A program made the translations under genes and the position numbers. Positions 26,406 through 35,121 of a stretch of DNA of 45,579 nucleotides are shown piece after piece. Within the stretch, counting starts at the first letter, position 1, and the number at the start of each line of letters is the position of its first letter. The notes beneath the pieces are model-generated. The model had not been told where the DNA came from, did no database searches, and worked only from the letters and a program-made list of their open reading frames with translations. The DNA is from a virus (taxonomy: Duplodnaviria; Caudoviricetes): positions 1 through 45,579 of the IMG/VR virus record IMGVR_UViG_3300023222_000125; one strand, given 5' to 3'.

Positions 26406-26591
26406 ATGAAGTACAAGACTATTCACATAATAAGACTATGCATAACCACATTGTTGTGTTGGGGGATCTACAATGAAGCTGGGCCATTTACAGCAGCTGG
26501 GGTTTTTCTTGCAGAACTCTGTATCGAAGGCCTTATCAAACACTTAAGAGGACTTAATGAAGCACTAGGATTCGGTAATAAATATGAGTGA
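26406..26591 (+). CDS. Small membrane protein
   Basis: GGGAG RBS, hydrophobic segments. Confidence 0.6.
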   Translation: MKYKTIHIIRLCITTLLCWGIYNEAGPFTAAGVFLAELCIEGLIKHLRGLNEALGFGNKYE

Positions 26592-26596
26592 AAGGC

Positions 26597-27007
26597 TCAG
26601 CCCCCCACACCCTTTGCTGCCCCTGCGATGGCATCAGCAAGGACTTTGATTTGTCCGGTCTGCATGGCACTAAACCATCTCACTAACCCAATCATGAAAG
26701 CGCCGAAAAGAAATGTGACCCCCCACAACTGTTTCGAGCTAAAAGAATTCACCGCAATCCTTGGGAGTTCCTCTTTATAGAGTGCGATCACGCTTTGGTT
26801 AGCTTGATTCGCTAGCTTGTTAGCTTCGTCTATACGTGTACTTGTGTTCGCCGACCTTTCCTCGTACACACTACAAAGTGTGGTTAATTCTTTTATCGCA
26901 TTCGTCACTTCCTTTATTGAATCTGCCATCCCTGCCATGCTTTGTTCGATATGGCGGTTCTCTTGTCTCACGATTCCTCGGATGTCTTCTGTCGTAATAG
27001 TTGTCAT
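26597..27007 (-). CDS. Lysis-cassette membrane protein (coiled coil + C-terminal TM)
   Basis: Last gene of late operon, downstream of holin. Confidence 0.6.
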   Translation of the reverse strand: MTTITTEDIRGIVRQENRHIEQSMAGMADSIKEVTNAIKELTTLCSVYEERSANTSTRIDEANKLANQANQSVIALYKEELPRIAVNSFSSKQLWGVTFLFGAFMIGLVRWFSAMQTGQIKVLADAIAGAAKGVGG

Positions 27008-27038
27008 AAACCAGCCTAAATATGATTTCTATGTGGGG

Positions 27039-27551
27039 TTAAAGTTCTGTCAAGTGTTTGGTTTTCTCTTTCGATCCAAGTGAGCTGCCGAACCAAAATT
27101 GCATAATCATTGGGATGGTGCCAGTAAGAACACCGATTAAGATATTAACCAATGACTTCAAATCAGGATCAACGTTTACTTTCCCCGTTAGCACTACACC
27201 CAAAATTGTAAAGTACCCAGCAATGTACACAATGCTTAAGATTATCTGAGGCCAGATATTAACTTTAAACAGTTCTCTTGCACTCTTCCTATCTTCCACC
27301 ACAAGCTGTTTTTCTTCTAACCCAATCCGCGCCATTTCTTGCTTAAACTCAAGATTAAGCTCTTTTATCCTTACAAACATTTCTGGGTTAGCGGAACTAA
27401 TAGCTTGCGCCAGTGCTTCTTCTCCTGCGTCCTCGTCTCCTAAAAGCTTTCCTGATAACCACTTGGTCGCCATGCCGCCAAAGGGGCCGCCCAAGGCCGT
27501 ACCGAGGACAGGTGCAACCGTTTTAACTAAAGACTTCCAATCGAAACTCAT
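27039..27551 (-). CDS. Holin-like protein (3TM/GTA-holin type)
   Basis: APVLGTALGGP, DR.SAR, two TM helices, FWFGSS.GS. Confidence 0.75.
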   Translation of the reverse strand: MSFDWKSLVKTVAPVLGTALGGPFGGMATKWLSGKLLGDEDAGEEALAQAISSANPEMFVRIKELNLEFKQEMARIGLEEKQLVVEDRKSARELFKVNIWPQIILSIVYIAGYFTILGVVLTGKVNVDPDLKSLVNILIGVLTGTIPMIMQFWFGSSLGSKEKTKHLTEL

Positions 27552-28024
27552 AACGCTATCCTCTCTTTGAAATCTTCCCAAGGAAAACCCTCTCCCGGAT
27601 CAACCTTACGATTCGGTGATAAGTCACTATGACGATCTACCGATTTAATATCATATAATCGTTGCCAGTGGTTGACCATTTCAATACCCGCCGCATACTG
27701 TACGCCTGTTAAGTACTGCTCCTTTATCGCATTGATAAACGTTACGTAGTTATGCTCGCCAGAGACTAGAAATGCAATGCCCAAACTGTTCGTATTGAAA
27801 CGTTTAGCGTGCCACGCTATTTCATTGTCTTTGTGGCAACGAATCAAATCACCGTCTGGGGTTACTAGTATATGCGTTGACAACTTATAATCAGCAAGAA
27901 AAGCCGAGGCATGAAGGAACCTATCATCGTTACCCTGTACATACTCTCCCATAGAATGCACAACGATACGATCAGGTTTTTGAGAACCGCCACCGTATGG
28001 GATGAGTTGATTGATAGTTTTCAT
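27548..28024 (-). CDS. Endolysin, N-acetylmuramoyl-L-alanine amidase (Amidase_2)
   Basis: IVVH, S.H, AWHA, N.NSLGI, HSD...RK.DPG.GFPW. Confidence 0.9.
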   Translation of the reverse strand: MKTINQLIPYGGGSQKPDRIVVHSMGEYVQGNDDRFLHASAFLADYKLSTHILVTPDGDLIRCHKDNEIAWHAKRFNTNSLGIAFLVSGEHNYVTFINAIKEQYLTGVQYAAGIEMVNHWQRLYDIKSVDRHSDLSPNRKVDPGEGFPWEDFKERIAL

Positions 28025-28025
28025 G

Positions 28026-28637
28026 TTACGGCCACCCTACGTTTACATCATACACATCAAGTGCGGCATCATTCGCTGCCGCAATCGCATCTAAATGATC
28101 TTCTAACGCATTTAACAAATCACTGTGTGCAGTCGCTAGCGCGTTTGATAAATCTAAATGTAATTGAGTTGTTAAACTTACACGAACCCCGTCAGCTTGT
28201 CTAATCTTGGCCCCTGCGGGAATAACACCACCGTTGGCAACAACACCTGCGAGCAGACCTAAGTTTTGTTTCATTCGGTCTCCGTCATTAAATAGAACAG
28301 AATCTACAGTAATTTGTATCGACGCTTCTTTTTCAAAAAATAAAGCACTAACTTGATCAATTAGATTTGTCCGATTTCTGTTTGTTATTCTAACAGTATC
28401 ATACGCCGGTACCTCCTCCTCCCAGATTAGATCGGATATTGAACCACCGTCAGGTGGTTCAGGGATATCCAACTCATCCATTATACCGCGTACAATAACG
28501 CCTTGAGCAGTGTACTCGCTTTCTAAACGTGTTAGAAATTCGACCTCTGTCTCTCCAGTGACTTCATATTGTTGTGACGACGGTTTATACCACCCTAATC
28601 TACCGTCCTCTTGCTCGATCAATATTACTAATGCCAT
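28026..28637 (-). CDS. Tail fibre assembly/associated protein (DUF4376-like)
   Basis: Follows fibre, C-terminal ..YDV..GWP, AGGAG RBS. Confidence 0.6.
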   Translation of the reverse strand: MALVILIEQEDGRLGWYKPSSQQYEVTGETEVEFLTRLESEYTAQGVIVRGIMDELDIPEPPDGGSISDLIWEEEVPAYDTVRITNRNRTNLIDQVSALFFEKEASIQITVDSVLFNDGDRMKQNLGLLAGVVANGGVIPAGAKIRQADGVRVSLTTQLHLDLSNALATAHSDLLNALEDHLDAIAAANDAALDVYDVNVGWP

Positions 28638-28648
28638 TTTATAATCTC

Positions 28649-29563
28649 CTAGGGTAAATACTCGGTGACAGATAACCAACATATTGAGGACGTACCAAGT
28701 TTCTGCCCACCGTCACCGTTAATAGCCGCCGCAAACGCCAGGTTTGGGCCAAACCTTGATGTAAATACAGTTGGTGTGGTTGATCCTGCTACAAACTCTT
28801 TTTCCAATATCATAGTTGATTCCTCATCACTTAGATTGCCTGCTCTATGTGACCCCGCCACGATAGCATTTAAAGTGGCATCTTGAAATACAGCAGTAAT
28901 GAGATGAGCAACGCTCGTAGATAATGCAGATAAAAATATCCCAGAACGAACAACCAACCTATTTGAGGCATTGTCGGGTGTATAGGCAGGTAACGTCAAA
29001 ACAAGCGCACCTTCTGATATTTGCGGTTGTGTGGTATCGTAAGGTATGACAGAAGTAGTAGTGATGCGATCACTTCTCTCGATCTTATCATGACCTACGA
29101 CGATACCACCACTACCTGCTACTGCTTTTAAAACAAAGTCATCCGATCCCGATCTAAAAACAATAATGTTTTCATCTGTTGTTGAGAGATCACCAGCAGA
29201 CAAATTAACTAAGTTCTTCACGCCCTTACCCGCATAGTTAATCGTTGCAGTAGCTAATGTATTTGTATTGCCCGCAATAAATCGAAGCCGCATGCCATCC
29301 GCATAATCAGGCGCAGCATCTTTGCCACCTACAGTAGAGAGTACATAAGCATCTGGCACACCACTGTCTGTTGTAAAGTCGCCGTTAGTGCCATGCGCGG
29401 CAATCCCTTGTCCAATTTGCGTTAAGATACCCCCGTTTAACGTTTGCCCTGTGCTTTCAATGACGTTTTGCAACTCAAGTACGAACTGGTTCCACTCATC
29501 CGCCGAGGCTTGTCCATCCGCAGTCGCCCCGCCATTGTTTACTTTACTATTAATGTCTTGCAT
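28649..29563 (-). CDS. Tail fibre/receptor-binding protein
   Basis: A.EWN....EL.NVI...G..L anchor, YADGM..RF.....NT..ATIN..G domain. Confidence 0.75.
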   Translation of the reverse strand: MQDINSKVNNGGATADGQASADEWNQFVLELQNVIESTGQTLNGGILTQIGQGIAAHGTNGDFTTDSGVPDAYVLSTVGGKDAAPDYADGMRLRFIAGNTNTLATATINYAGKGVKNLVNLSAGDLSTTDENIIVFRSGSDDFVLKAVAGSGGIVVGHDKIERSDRITTTSVIPYDTTQPQISEGALVLTLPAYTPDNASNRLVVRSGIFLSALSTSVAHLITAVFQDATLNAIVAGSHRAGNLSDEESTMILEKEFVAGSTTPTVFTSRFGPNLAFAAAINGDGGQKLGTSSICWLSVTEYLP

Positions 29564-29564
29564 A

Positions 29565-30158
29565 TCATGCGCTCCTAAATATTACTTGACAGTTTGCTGG
29601 TCTTAACCGTCTAAACAAACACGTTAAAATTGATTGAGATTTATCACCAAAAACTATTGGGAAATTATAAATAAAAAATCCGCCAGTCGGTAGTGGAAAA
29701 TTGACAATGATAGTGTACCGTGAATCAGCCGGTGTATTAAAAAATATCAAAGGAAATGACATAGGAAAACTAGCCGCTTCATCACCTGTGACGATTGTAA
29801 TGGTTACACCGAATATTGCAGCCAACTCCTCGAAGTCTTTCTTAGTTTGGACACCTAACGAGGATAACTTGACTAAAATATCCCGGCGCTTCTCATCGTT
29901 CGTGCCCGTGCCAAGTAAGCATCCATCCGGTATCTGCAACGCCTTCAACCACTCATCTATAAATAAGTTAGTCGCATCAGGAAAATACTCTTCCTCTAAC
30001 GTGATTAGATACCCTTGCGCCGTGAATAATTCCCCCGCTATCCCCTTTAGTAATTGGCGAAAGTTAGAATCTTGTATGTTCTTAGCTTCAAACAATGGCC
30101 CATTAGGCATATAGTCCGCCAGTGCCCGTGTATGACGTTCTAAATCTGGATTGCTCAT
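29565..30158 (-). CDS. Baseplate wedge protein (Mu gp48/DUF2313-like)
   Basis: P.G, E.FP......EW...L.IPD.C, RPAN motifs. Confidence 0.85.
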   Translation of the reverse strand: MSNPDLERHTRALADYMPNGPLFEAKNIQDSNFRQLLKGIAGELFTAQGYLITLEEEYFPDATNLFIDEWLKALQIPDGCLLGTGTNDEKRRDILVKLSSLGVQTKKDFEELAAIFGVTITIVTGDEAASFPMSFPLIFFNTPADSRYTIIVNFPLPTGGFFIYNFPIVFGDKSQSILTCLFRRLRPANCQVIFRSA

Positions 30159-31708
30159 GGGAACGATACCGATCCTTTCGTTGCGATTTGACCAGAGCCT
30201 ATAATGATATCGCCTGTTGGTGTTGACAAGTCAAAGCTTGAAACGATGTCTCCTGTTACGGGATCCACTGTATTTTTAATCGCTGCACGATAAGCGTCTT
30301 CATCGACACTAACCCCGACAGTCGTTTGCTCAGCGTAGAACTGATCTAAGTTAGCATTAACCGCGTCTTTCATACTTGATGTATTCGGCACAAGCTCAGT
30401 AAAGATATAGTTAGTCACAACGGCTTCAGGCGCTCTCACAATGTTATTAAGGACTGAAGTATTCGCGGGGCGTATCTCATCATCAATCTTGTCCTTGACA
30501 GTCTGAACTTCTGATGCCGTGGGTATGGGGTTATCATCATTGTCCCGCATGAAGAAGGTTCGAGACTGGCCAAGGGGGACGGACGCATCGGCTGTGATCG
30601 TTCCCGTGGCTGGCGTACTAGGCGAGCCAAATACAATGTAGTGAAACGTTGTCGCATCCTCAACAATGATACGTGCATTTGTCACATTGTATTCTGTTTC
30701 AACTGCTCCTAGTACTGATGTATTCTGGCCATCATCAAAACCATGATCGGTTGTAGATACTACCGTTGCCACGTTGCCAATGCGCGTAAGAGTACTAACA
30801 GCAATAGTGCCTATCACATCGCCCGCTTCCTCGACAAAGACACGAGTAACACCGGGTACTTCTTTTGCTTTTGCGATAATGTCAGAGGCGTTGTAATGGG
30901 CTACCGGATTACGTATCTTATCGAGATAACGCGCTTGATAATCCGTTAATGACTCGGTGTCGGTGCCCCCGCCAATAGCGCCAAAGTCAACGGATAACGT
31001 ATCATCTACATCAACAATAGGCGTTTCAAGTTGTAATGGTGTATCTGCATCTAAGTTTGTTTCGCTACCAAAATCAACTGATTGAATATCCACATTAGCC
31101 GATGTGAACGATGCTGCGATGGTGCCGGTAGCAGGTGAGGTAGGAGATCCTACAACGGTATAAGTAAAGGTATCTAAACCAGTGACTACGATCTCAACAT
31201 CTGTCACGTTGTATTCTGTCTGGTCTGCACCGGCAATCGTAACAGGGACAAGGGAGGATAAATTGTGGTTGCCTGTAGTCGTAACGGTTGCGGTTTGGCC
31301 TGCGCGTGTAATCGATAGCACACTAATAACTTGATCGGCTATGGTTGCGCTACTCGTTGTCACATATTCAACACTGCCCGCTGTCAGCGTCACGCCAACG
31401 TCAACAACACCGCCAACCACCCCAGTGGCAACAACACCGCCAGAAGATTGCGTAGCCGGGTTCTCAGGGCCGACGTAGATATTTCCCCAACGTTCCTCCG
31501 TGGTCTCATCCGTGGTGTCAGGGAACAGCCGTTCTTCTGTGCGTTCTAAATCGCCGTAGAAATCAAAGATGCGCCGTGCAAATCCCGTAATGATAGAGCG
31601 TAGCCAATGCACCCGCAAATAAGGGTTAGAGTCCGGCGCTTCACGCGCAACGTCCGCCTTGATCCTGTCTTCGACTTGTTGAGTTGTGTCCGGTGTGCCA
31701 ACGCCCAT
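30155..31708 (-). CDS. Baseplate J/Mu gp47-like protein with two inserted FCCH-like domains
   Basis: FPDT, GG.D.ES...Y..R, A..VPGVTR.FV. Two homologous ~73-aa inserts. Confidence 0.88.
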   Translation of the reverse strand: MGVGTPDTTQQVEDRIKADVAREAPDSNPYLRVHWLRSIITGFARRIFDFYGDLERTEERLFPDTTDETTEERWGNIYVGPENPATQSSGGVVATGVVGGVVDVGVTLTAGSVEYVTTSSATIADQVISVLSITRAGQTATVTTTGNHNLSSLVPVTIAGADQTEYNVTDVEIVVTGLDTFTYTVVGSPTSPATGTIAASFTSANVDIQSVDFGSETNLDADTPLQLETPIVDVDDTLSVDFGAIGGGTDTESLTDYQARYLDKIRNPVAHYNASDIIAKAKEVPGVTRVFVEEAGDVIGTIAVSTLTRIGNVATVVSTTDHGFDDGQNTSVLGAVETEYNVTNARIIVEDATTFHYIVFGSPSTPATGTITADASVPLGQSRTFFMRDNDDNPIPTASEVQTVKDKIDDEIRPANTSVLNNIVRAPEAVVTNYIFTELVPNTSSMKDAVNANLDQFYAEQTTVGVSVDEDAYRAAIKNTVDPVTGDIVSSFDLSTPTGDIIIGSGQIATKGSVSFP

Positions 31709-32158
31709 TTAACTAAAGTCTCCCGTGTTGTCCCACAATACAAAGTGTCGGCGCTCCACTTTGGAGCCGTCTCGACCAAAATCAATTGGAACAACCACTT
31801 GGTTGTCACGTAAAAACGGCGTACTAACCGTAACGCTCTTTACAAGATTGTCATCAATAAACCACTGTTGGCCATTACGTATCACCACGCCTAGCTCTGC
31901 CAGACCTGTTTGTGTAATGCGAGACTGTTCAAATTGCCAAGACTTAGATCCTTGTTCAAAACCTGGTGTTGACTCGTTACCTTGCCATCCCCGACGCCGG
32001 CGTGATTCAGGGATCTCATCAGCCGATGCCCGGACTTCATTTAATATCGACCCCAAAATAGCCGTATCAAAGGATTCGGTGGTCGAAATATCCCCTGATT
32101 CTGTCCAATCGAAATCATAATAGCCTCTGTCTTTGTTTAAGCTTACATCGGTTGTCAT
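31709..32158 (-). CDS. Baseplate protein (Mu gp46-like)
   Basis: TA...S.....RA, RRGW, GSK.W, WFIDD. Confidence 0.85.
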   Translation of the reverse strand: MTTDVSLNKDRGYYDFDWTESGDISTTESFDTAILGSILNEVRASADEIPESRRRRGWQGNESTPGFEQGSKSWQFEQSRITQTGLAELGVVIRNGQQWFIDDNLVKSVTVSTPFLRDNQVVVPIDFGRDGSKVERRHFVLWDNTGDFS

Positions 32159-32805
32159 TATGTCGCCGTATGTGTTGCACTGCCAGTGGTGATAACACCC
32201 GCCACGACAGAATCGCCTACTCGGGCAATTGCAGGACCACCCCCGCCAAGTGTCGCGGCACCCGTCGTGCTTAGTGTACCATTAACTTGCATACCGCCAA
32301 ACGTAGCAAGGCCCGTACCGGTAGAGATACCATTCACTTGCAAGCTACCAACAGTGGCTAGATTTGTAACGGTGAGCGTACCGTCAATCTGTACATTGCC
32401 GGTGAACGTCGAGAGGGGTACGTCAAAAGTTGCGAGAGGGGCCGTAACTGTGACGCCCTCACTCGCTGTGATATTGGCCTCGGTACAAATTATATTAACC
32501 TTGGCCGTGCCCCCCTCCCCTGTCTCGATATCCAGATCCCCATTATTACGAGCAATGATCCGCGTGTTGGTTTCAGGATGGAAAAATACAGGCTCCCCTT
32601 GCTCACTATCACTTGGACGTTTTACCGTTACAGGGATCGCTATGCCGGGGGCAATCTCTCGTATTAACGTCTCACGAGGCAAGTCCGCGTACAAACCATA
32701 AGGAAAGATGATCATGACATCACTTTTAACGCCTAATACAGATCCCTGTTGTTCAGGAAACTGTTTGCGCTTATCTTTACCAGTAATCCTACCCCACAAA
32801 GACAT
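32158..32805 (-). CDS. Baseplate spike (Mu gp45-like)
   Basis: PYG, GE..F.H, beta-helix repeats, C-terminal ARVGD.V..G.I.TGS. Confidence 0.82.
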   Translation of the reverse strand: MSLWGRITGKDKRKQFPEQQGSVLGVKSDVMIIFPYGLYADLPRETLIREIAPGIAIPVTVKRPSDSEQGEPVFFHPETNTRIIARNNGDLDIETGEGGTAKVNIICTEANITASEGVTVTAPLATFDVPLSTFTGNVQIDGTLTVTNLATVGSLQVNGISTGTGLATFGGMQVNGTLSTTGAATLGGGGPAIARVGDSVVAGVITTGSATHTAT

Positions 32806-33886
32806 CGTTTAGATCTCCTGCTGGCTTCTGTGCTAGCTTGCTGGCATCAATAGTGTACACATCTTTCTCGACAAACTGTAGACTGGTCGTTGTTGCTTGG
32901 CCTTCGCCTTGTAGAAATGTGACGGTGTTTAGTAACATCTTACGCGAGATATCTGCAACCTCAGAGTTAATCTGTACCAGTGTATTCTCTTGCCACAGCG
33001 CCCCCGCTGTATTTCGATGACCTTGTGCAACACAGCTAAATACTGTAGCACGCGCCTTTGCTAATTGACTGGCCCACAATACACGGTCTTTAAGTTGCCC
33101 ACTGCTATAACTTCCTTTTTCAGAGATGACTTTTTGACGCCCTACTCTGGGGCCTTCAACAACTAACACAGCGCCTTGATCCTCTACTGAGCTTGTGCTG
33201 GCATCCCCCGCAGAATTAAGTGCGCGTGGGTCTAACTGCCCACGGTGGATATACTTATTAAATTCCTGTGTATCATCTAGGTTCCAAGATTGCGAAATGA
33301 TGTTATTCGTGTCTGATCTTAATAACCGCTGCAACACTGCCCCCGAATTGGTGGGTTGAGACTGTGTAATGGTGATGTTACCGTCTGCGTCAGAAGGCAG
33401 TAAAACTTGACGCTTTCTCGCTAGAGGTAATAGAAATTCTAAAGTTTTCTGCCCTACCTGTGCATTGATCCTATCTTCGACTACGTCAAATGGAGCAGGG
33501 TTAATGTTATCGATCACAATTAAGGGAGATCCTAGATGTGATATAACAGCCTCTATAATACGTTTTAATGTCAGTGCGCCACTAGGCCGTAACTCGTCTA
33601 TGACATTAATTGATGAATCGACAAAATCCAATGTCTTATCTCTGCCTGAATAAGTGACTGTGTGGCTCCCTTCTTGATCAACCCCTGATACCTTATCAAT
33701 AAAGCCCGTTAATCTCCCCTCGCCTTCAACACTTACCACAACAGGATCGCCCTTCTTAAAAATAGGGTCGCCGTCAACAGAACTTGCTACGAAACTAAAA
33801 TCATTCGTCATAGACTCAATAGTTGTCGTAGTTTGTGCACTGATAAAGTCAGTGAAAGGTGTACCATTAACGACTAATTCAATCAT
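32789..33886 (-). CDS. Baseplate hub (Mu gp44/P-like)
   Basis: GRDKT.D.VD.S and LW..NTLV motifs. Confidence 0.85.
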   Translation of the reverse strand: MIELVVNGTPFTDFISAQTTTTIESMTNDFSFVASSVDGDPIFKKGDPVVVSVEGEGRLTGFIDKVSGVDQEGSHTVTYSGRDKTLDFVDSSINVIDELRPSGALTLKRIIEAVISHLGSPLIVIDNINPAPFDVVEDRINAQVGQKTLEFLLPLARKRQVLLPSDADGNITITQSQPTNSGAVLQRLLRSDTNNIISQSWNLDDTQEFNKYIHRGQLDPRALNSAGDASTSSVEDQGAVLVVEGPRVGRQKVISEKGSYSSGQLKDRVLWASQLAKARATVFSCVAQGHRNTAGALWQENTLVQINSEVADISRKMLLNTVTFLQGEGQATTTSLQFVEKDVYTIDASKLAQKPAGDLNDVFVG

Positions 33887-35121
33887 ACCGTTAGTATCCT
33901 CACATCACCTTCAACAAACGCATTCATCTTGATGTTGTTAAGCTCGGCGATAGTGTCAAACAAATCAGTATTACCATAATAGTCATACAGCAAAGCAGAT
34001 AAGGGCCGACTTTCCGTCTCTACCGTGATAATAGCAGGAGTAGTGATGCTGGCATCCGCTAGTGTTTTCTGCGCCTGAACCCTAACCCTGTCTAGCTCTT
34101 CAAACGCCTCATTCGTTAACGGTTCTGTAACAGATAATCCCGCTATCCCTGTTGGAGATGTCTTCGTTACCTGATCGTTTCTTATACCCAAGTACTGTGT
34201 TTCCAAATCCGTTTGCGCCTCATCAAGCACTTCTGATGACTCATAATCGTCTAAGGCTGCATTGACGTATGAAAAACTAAGTGCCTGTGTCTTCATATTA
34301 GAGCGAATCAAGTCACGGTTACGTACTCTCTGTGTACGCCCTACCGTAGTCTGTTCAACAACAGGATCATCATCGCCAAAATTAAATAAGCTACGAAGTG
34401 CGCCGAACGTCTCCCCTGGCGTTTCAAATAAATTATCAACGGACTCAAATAGTGATGCGATGCTTGTCGCCATGTCCGCAGGAGATCGAATAAGATCATT
34501 AATGCTGCCTGAAAAAGCGTCTATTTCAGCTTGGAAGGAGGCCGCTTTTTCCGCAACGGCATTAGTGAACTCTGACACCAAGCTAAAAGCACTGGCAACA
34601 TTCGACAAATTATTACTTGCATCTGCAAAATTGCCAGGAGCATTAAGAGAAACGTCATACAACCCTCCTAAGTCTGTTTCTAATTGAGTATTCAGCAAAT
34701 CACTTGCTGTTTGGACTTGCGCCGCTAAATTACCGGATTCTATAGGGATACCGATGGCGTCATCAACTTCAAAGGGGATAGTGATCGTAGCGCGACCTAG
34801 CTGTGTGATAGTTTCATCTAGCGTGTACTGCCCATTAATAACATTTTCCACATCGCCAAAAGTAGGGTGGACAAGTACCCCTGACAACCCATTTTTTAAA
34901 ACACGTAGTAGGTTGTCTCGCTCTGTATAGTAATTCTCATGGGGTATGACCGCCGTCAGGGTAGTAGCAAAGGGCAGTTCCCCCTGCACTTCTATAGATT
35001 GTTTATTCGATCCAGGGAACCTTATTTTAATAATACGGTTCCCGCCTGTGGAAGGCATGGAGATGAATGCAAACTCTACCCCCTGATACTTCGCTCTTTT
35101 GAGTTGGATTAAATCAGCCAC
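33883..35121 (-). CDS. DNA circularization/tail protein (Mu gpN-like)
   Basis: A.Y.GV.F, G.LVHP.FG, C-terminal L.YDYYG......I.ELN.I. Confidence 0.85.
   Translation of the reverse strand: MADLIQLKRAKYQGVEFAFISMPSTGGNRIIKIRFPGSNKQSIEVQGELPFATTLTAVIPHENYYTERDNLLRVLKNGLSGVLVHPTFGDVENVINGQYTLDETITQLGRATITIPFEVDDAIGIPIESGNLAAQVQTASDLLNTQLETDLGGLYDVSLNAPGNFADASNNLSNVASAFSLVSEFTNAVAEKAASFQAEIDAFSGSINDLIRSPADMATSIASLFESVDNLFETPGETFGALRSLFNFGDDDPVVEQTTVGRTQRVRNRDLIRSNMKTQALSFSYVNAALDDYESSEVLDEAQTDLETQYLGIRNDQVTKTSPTGIAGLSVTEPLTNEAFEELDRVRVQAQKTLADASITTPAIITVETESRPLSALLYDYYGNTDLFDTIAELNNIKMNAFVEGDVRILTV

Noticed and set aside
28026-29563. Diversity-generating retroelement or invertible fibre switch
   Set aside because: No reverse transcriptase, invertase or template/variable repeat seen
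33883-35121. Mu-like transposable phage
   Set aside because: Only tail genes are Mu-like. No MuA/MuB or host-DNA ends
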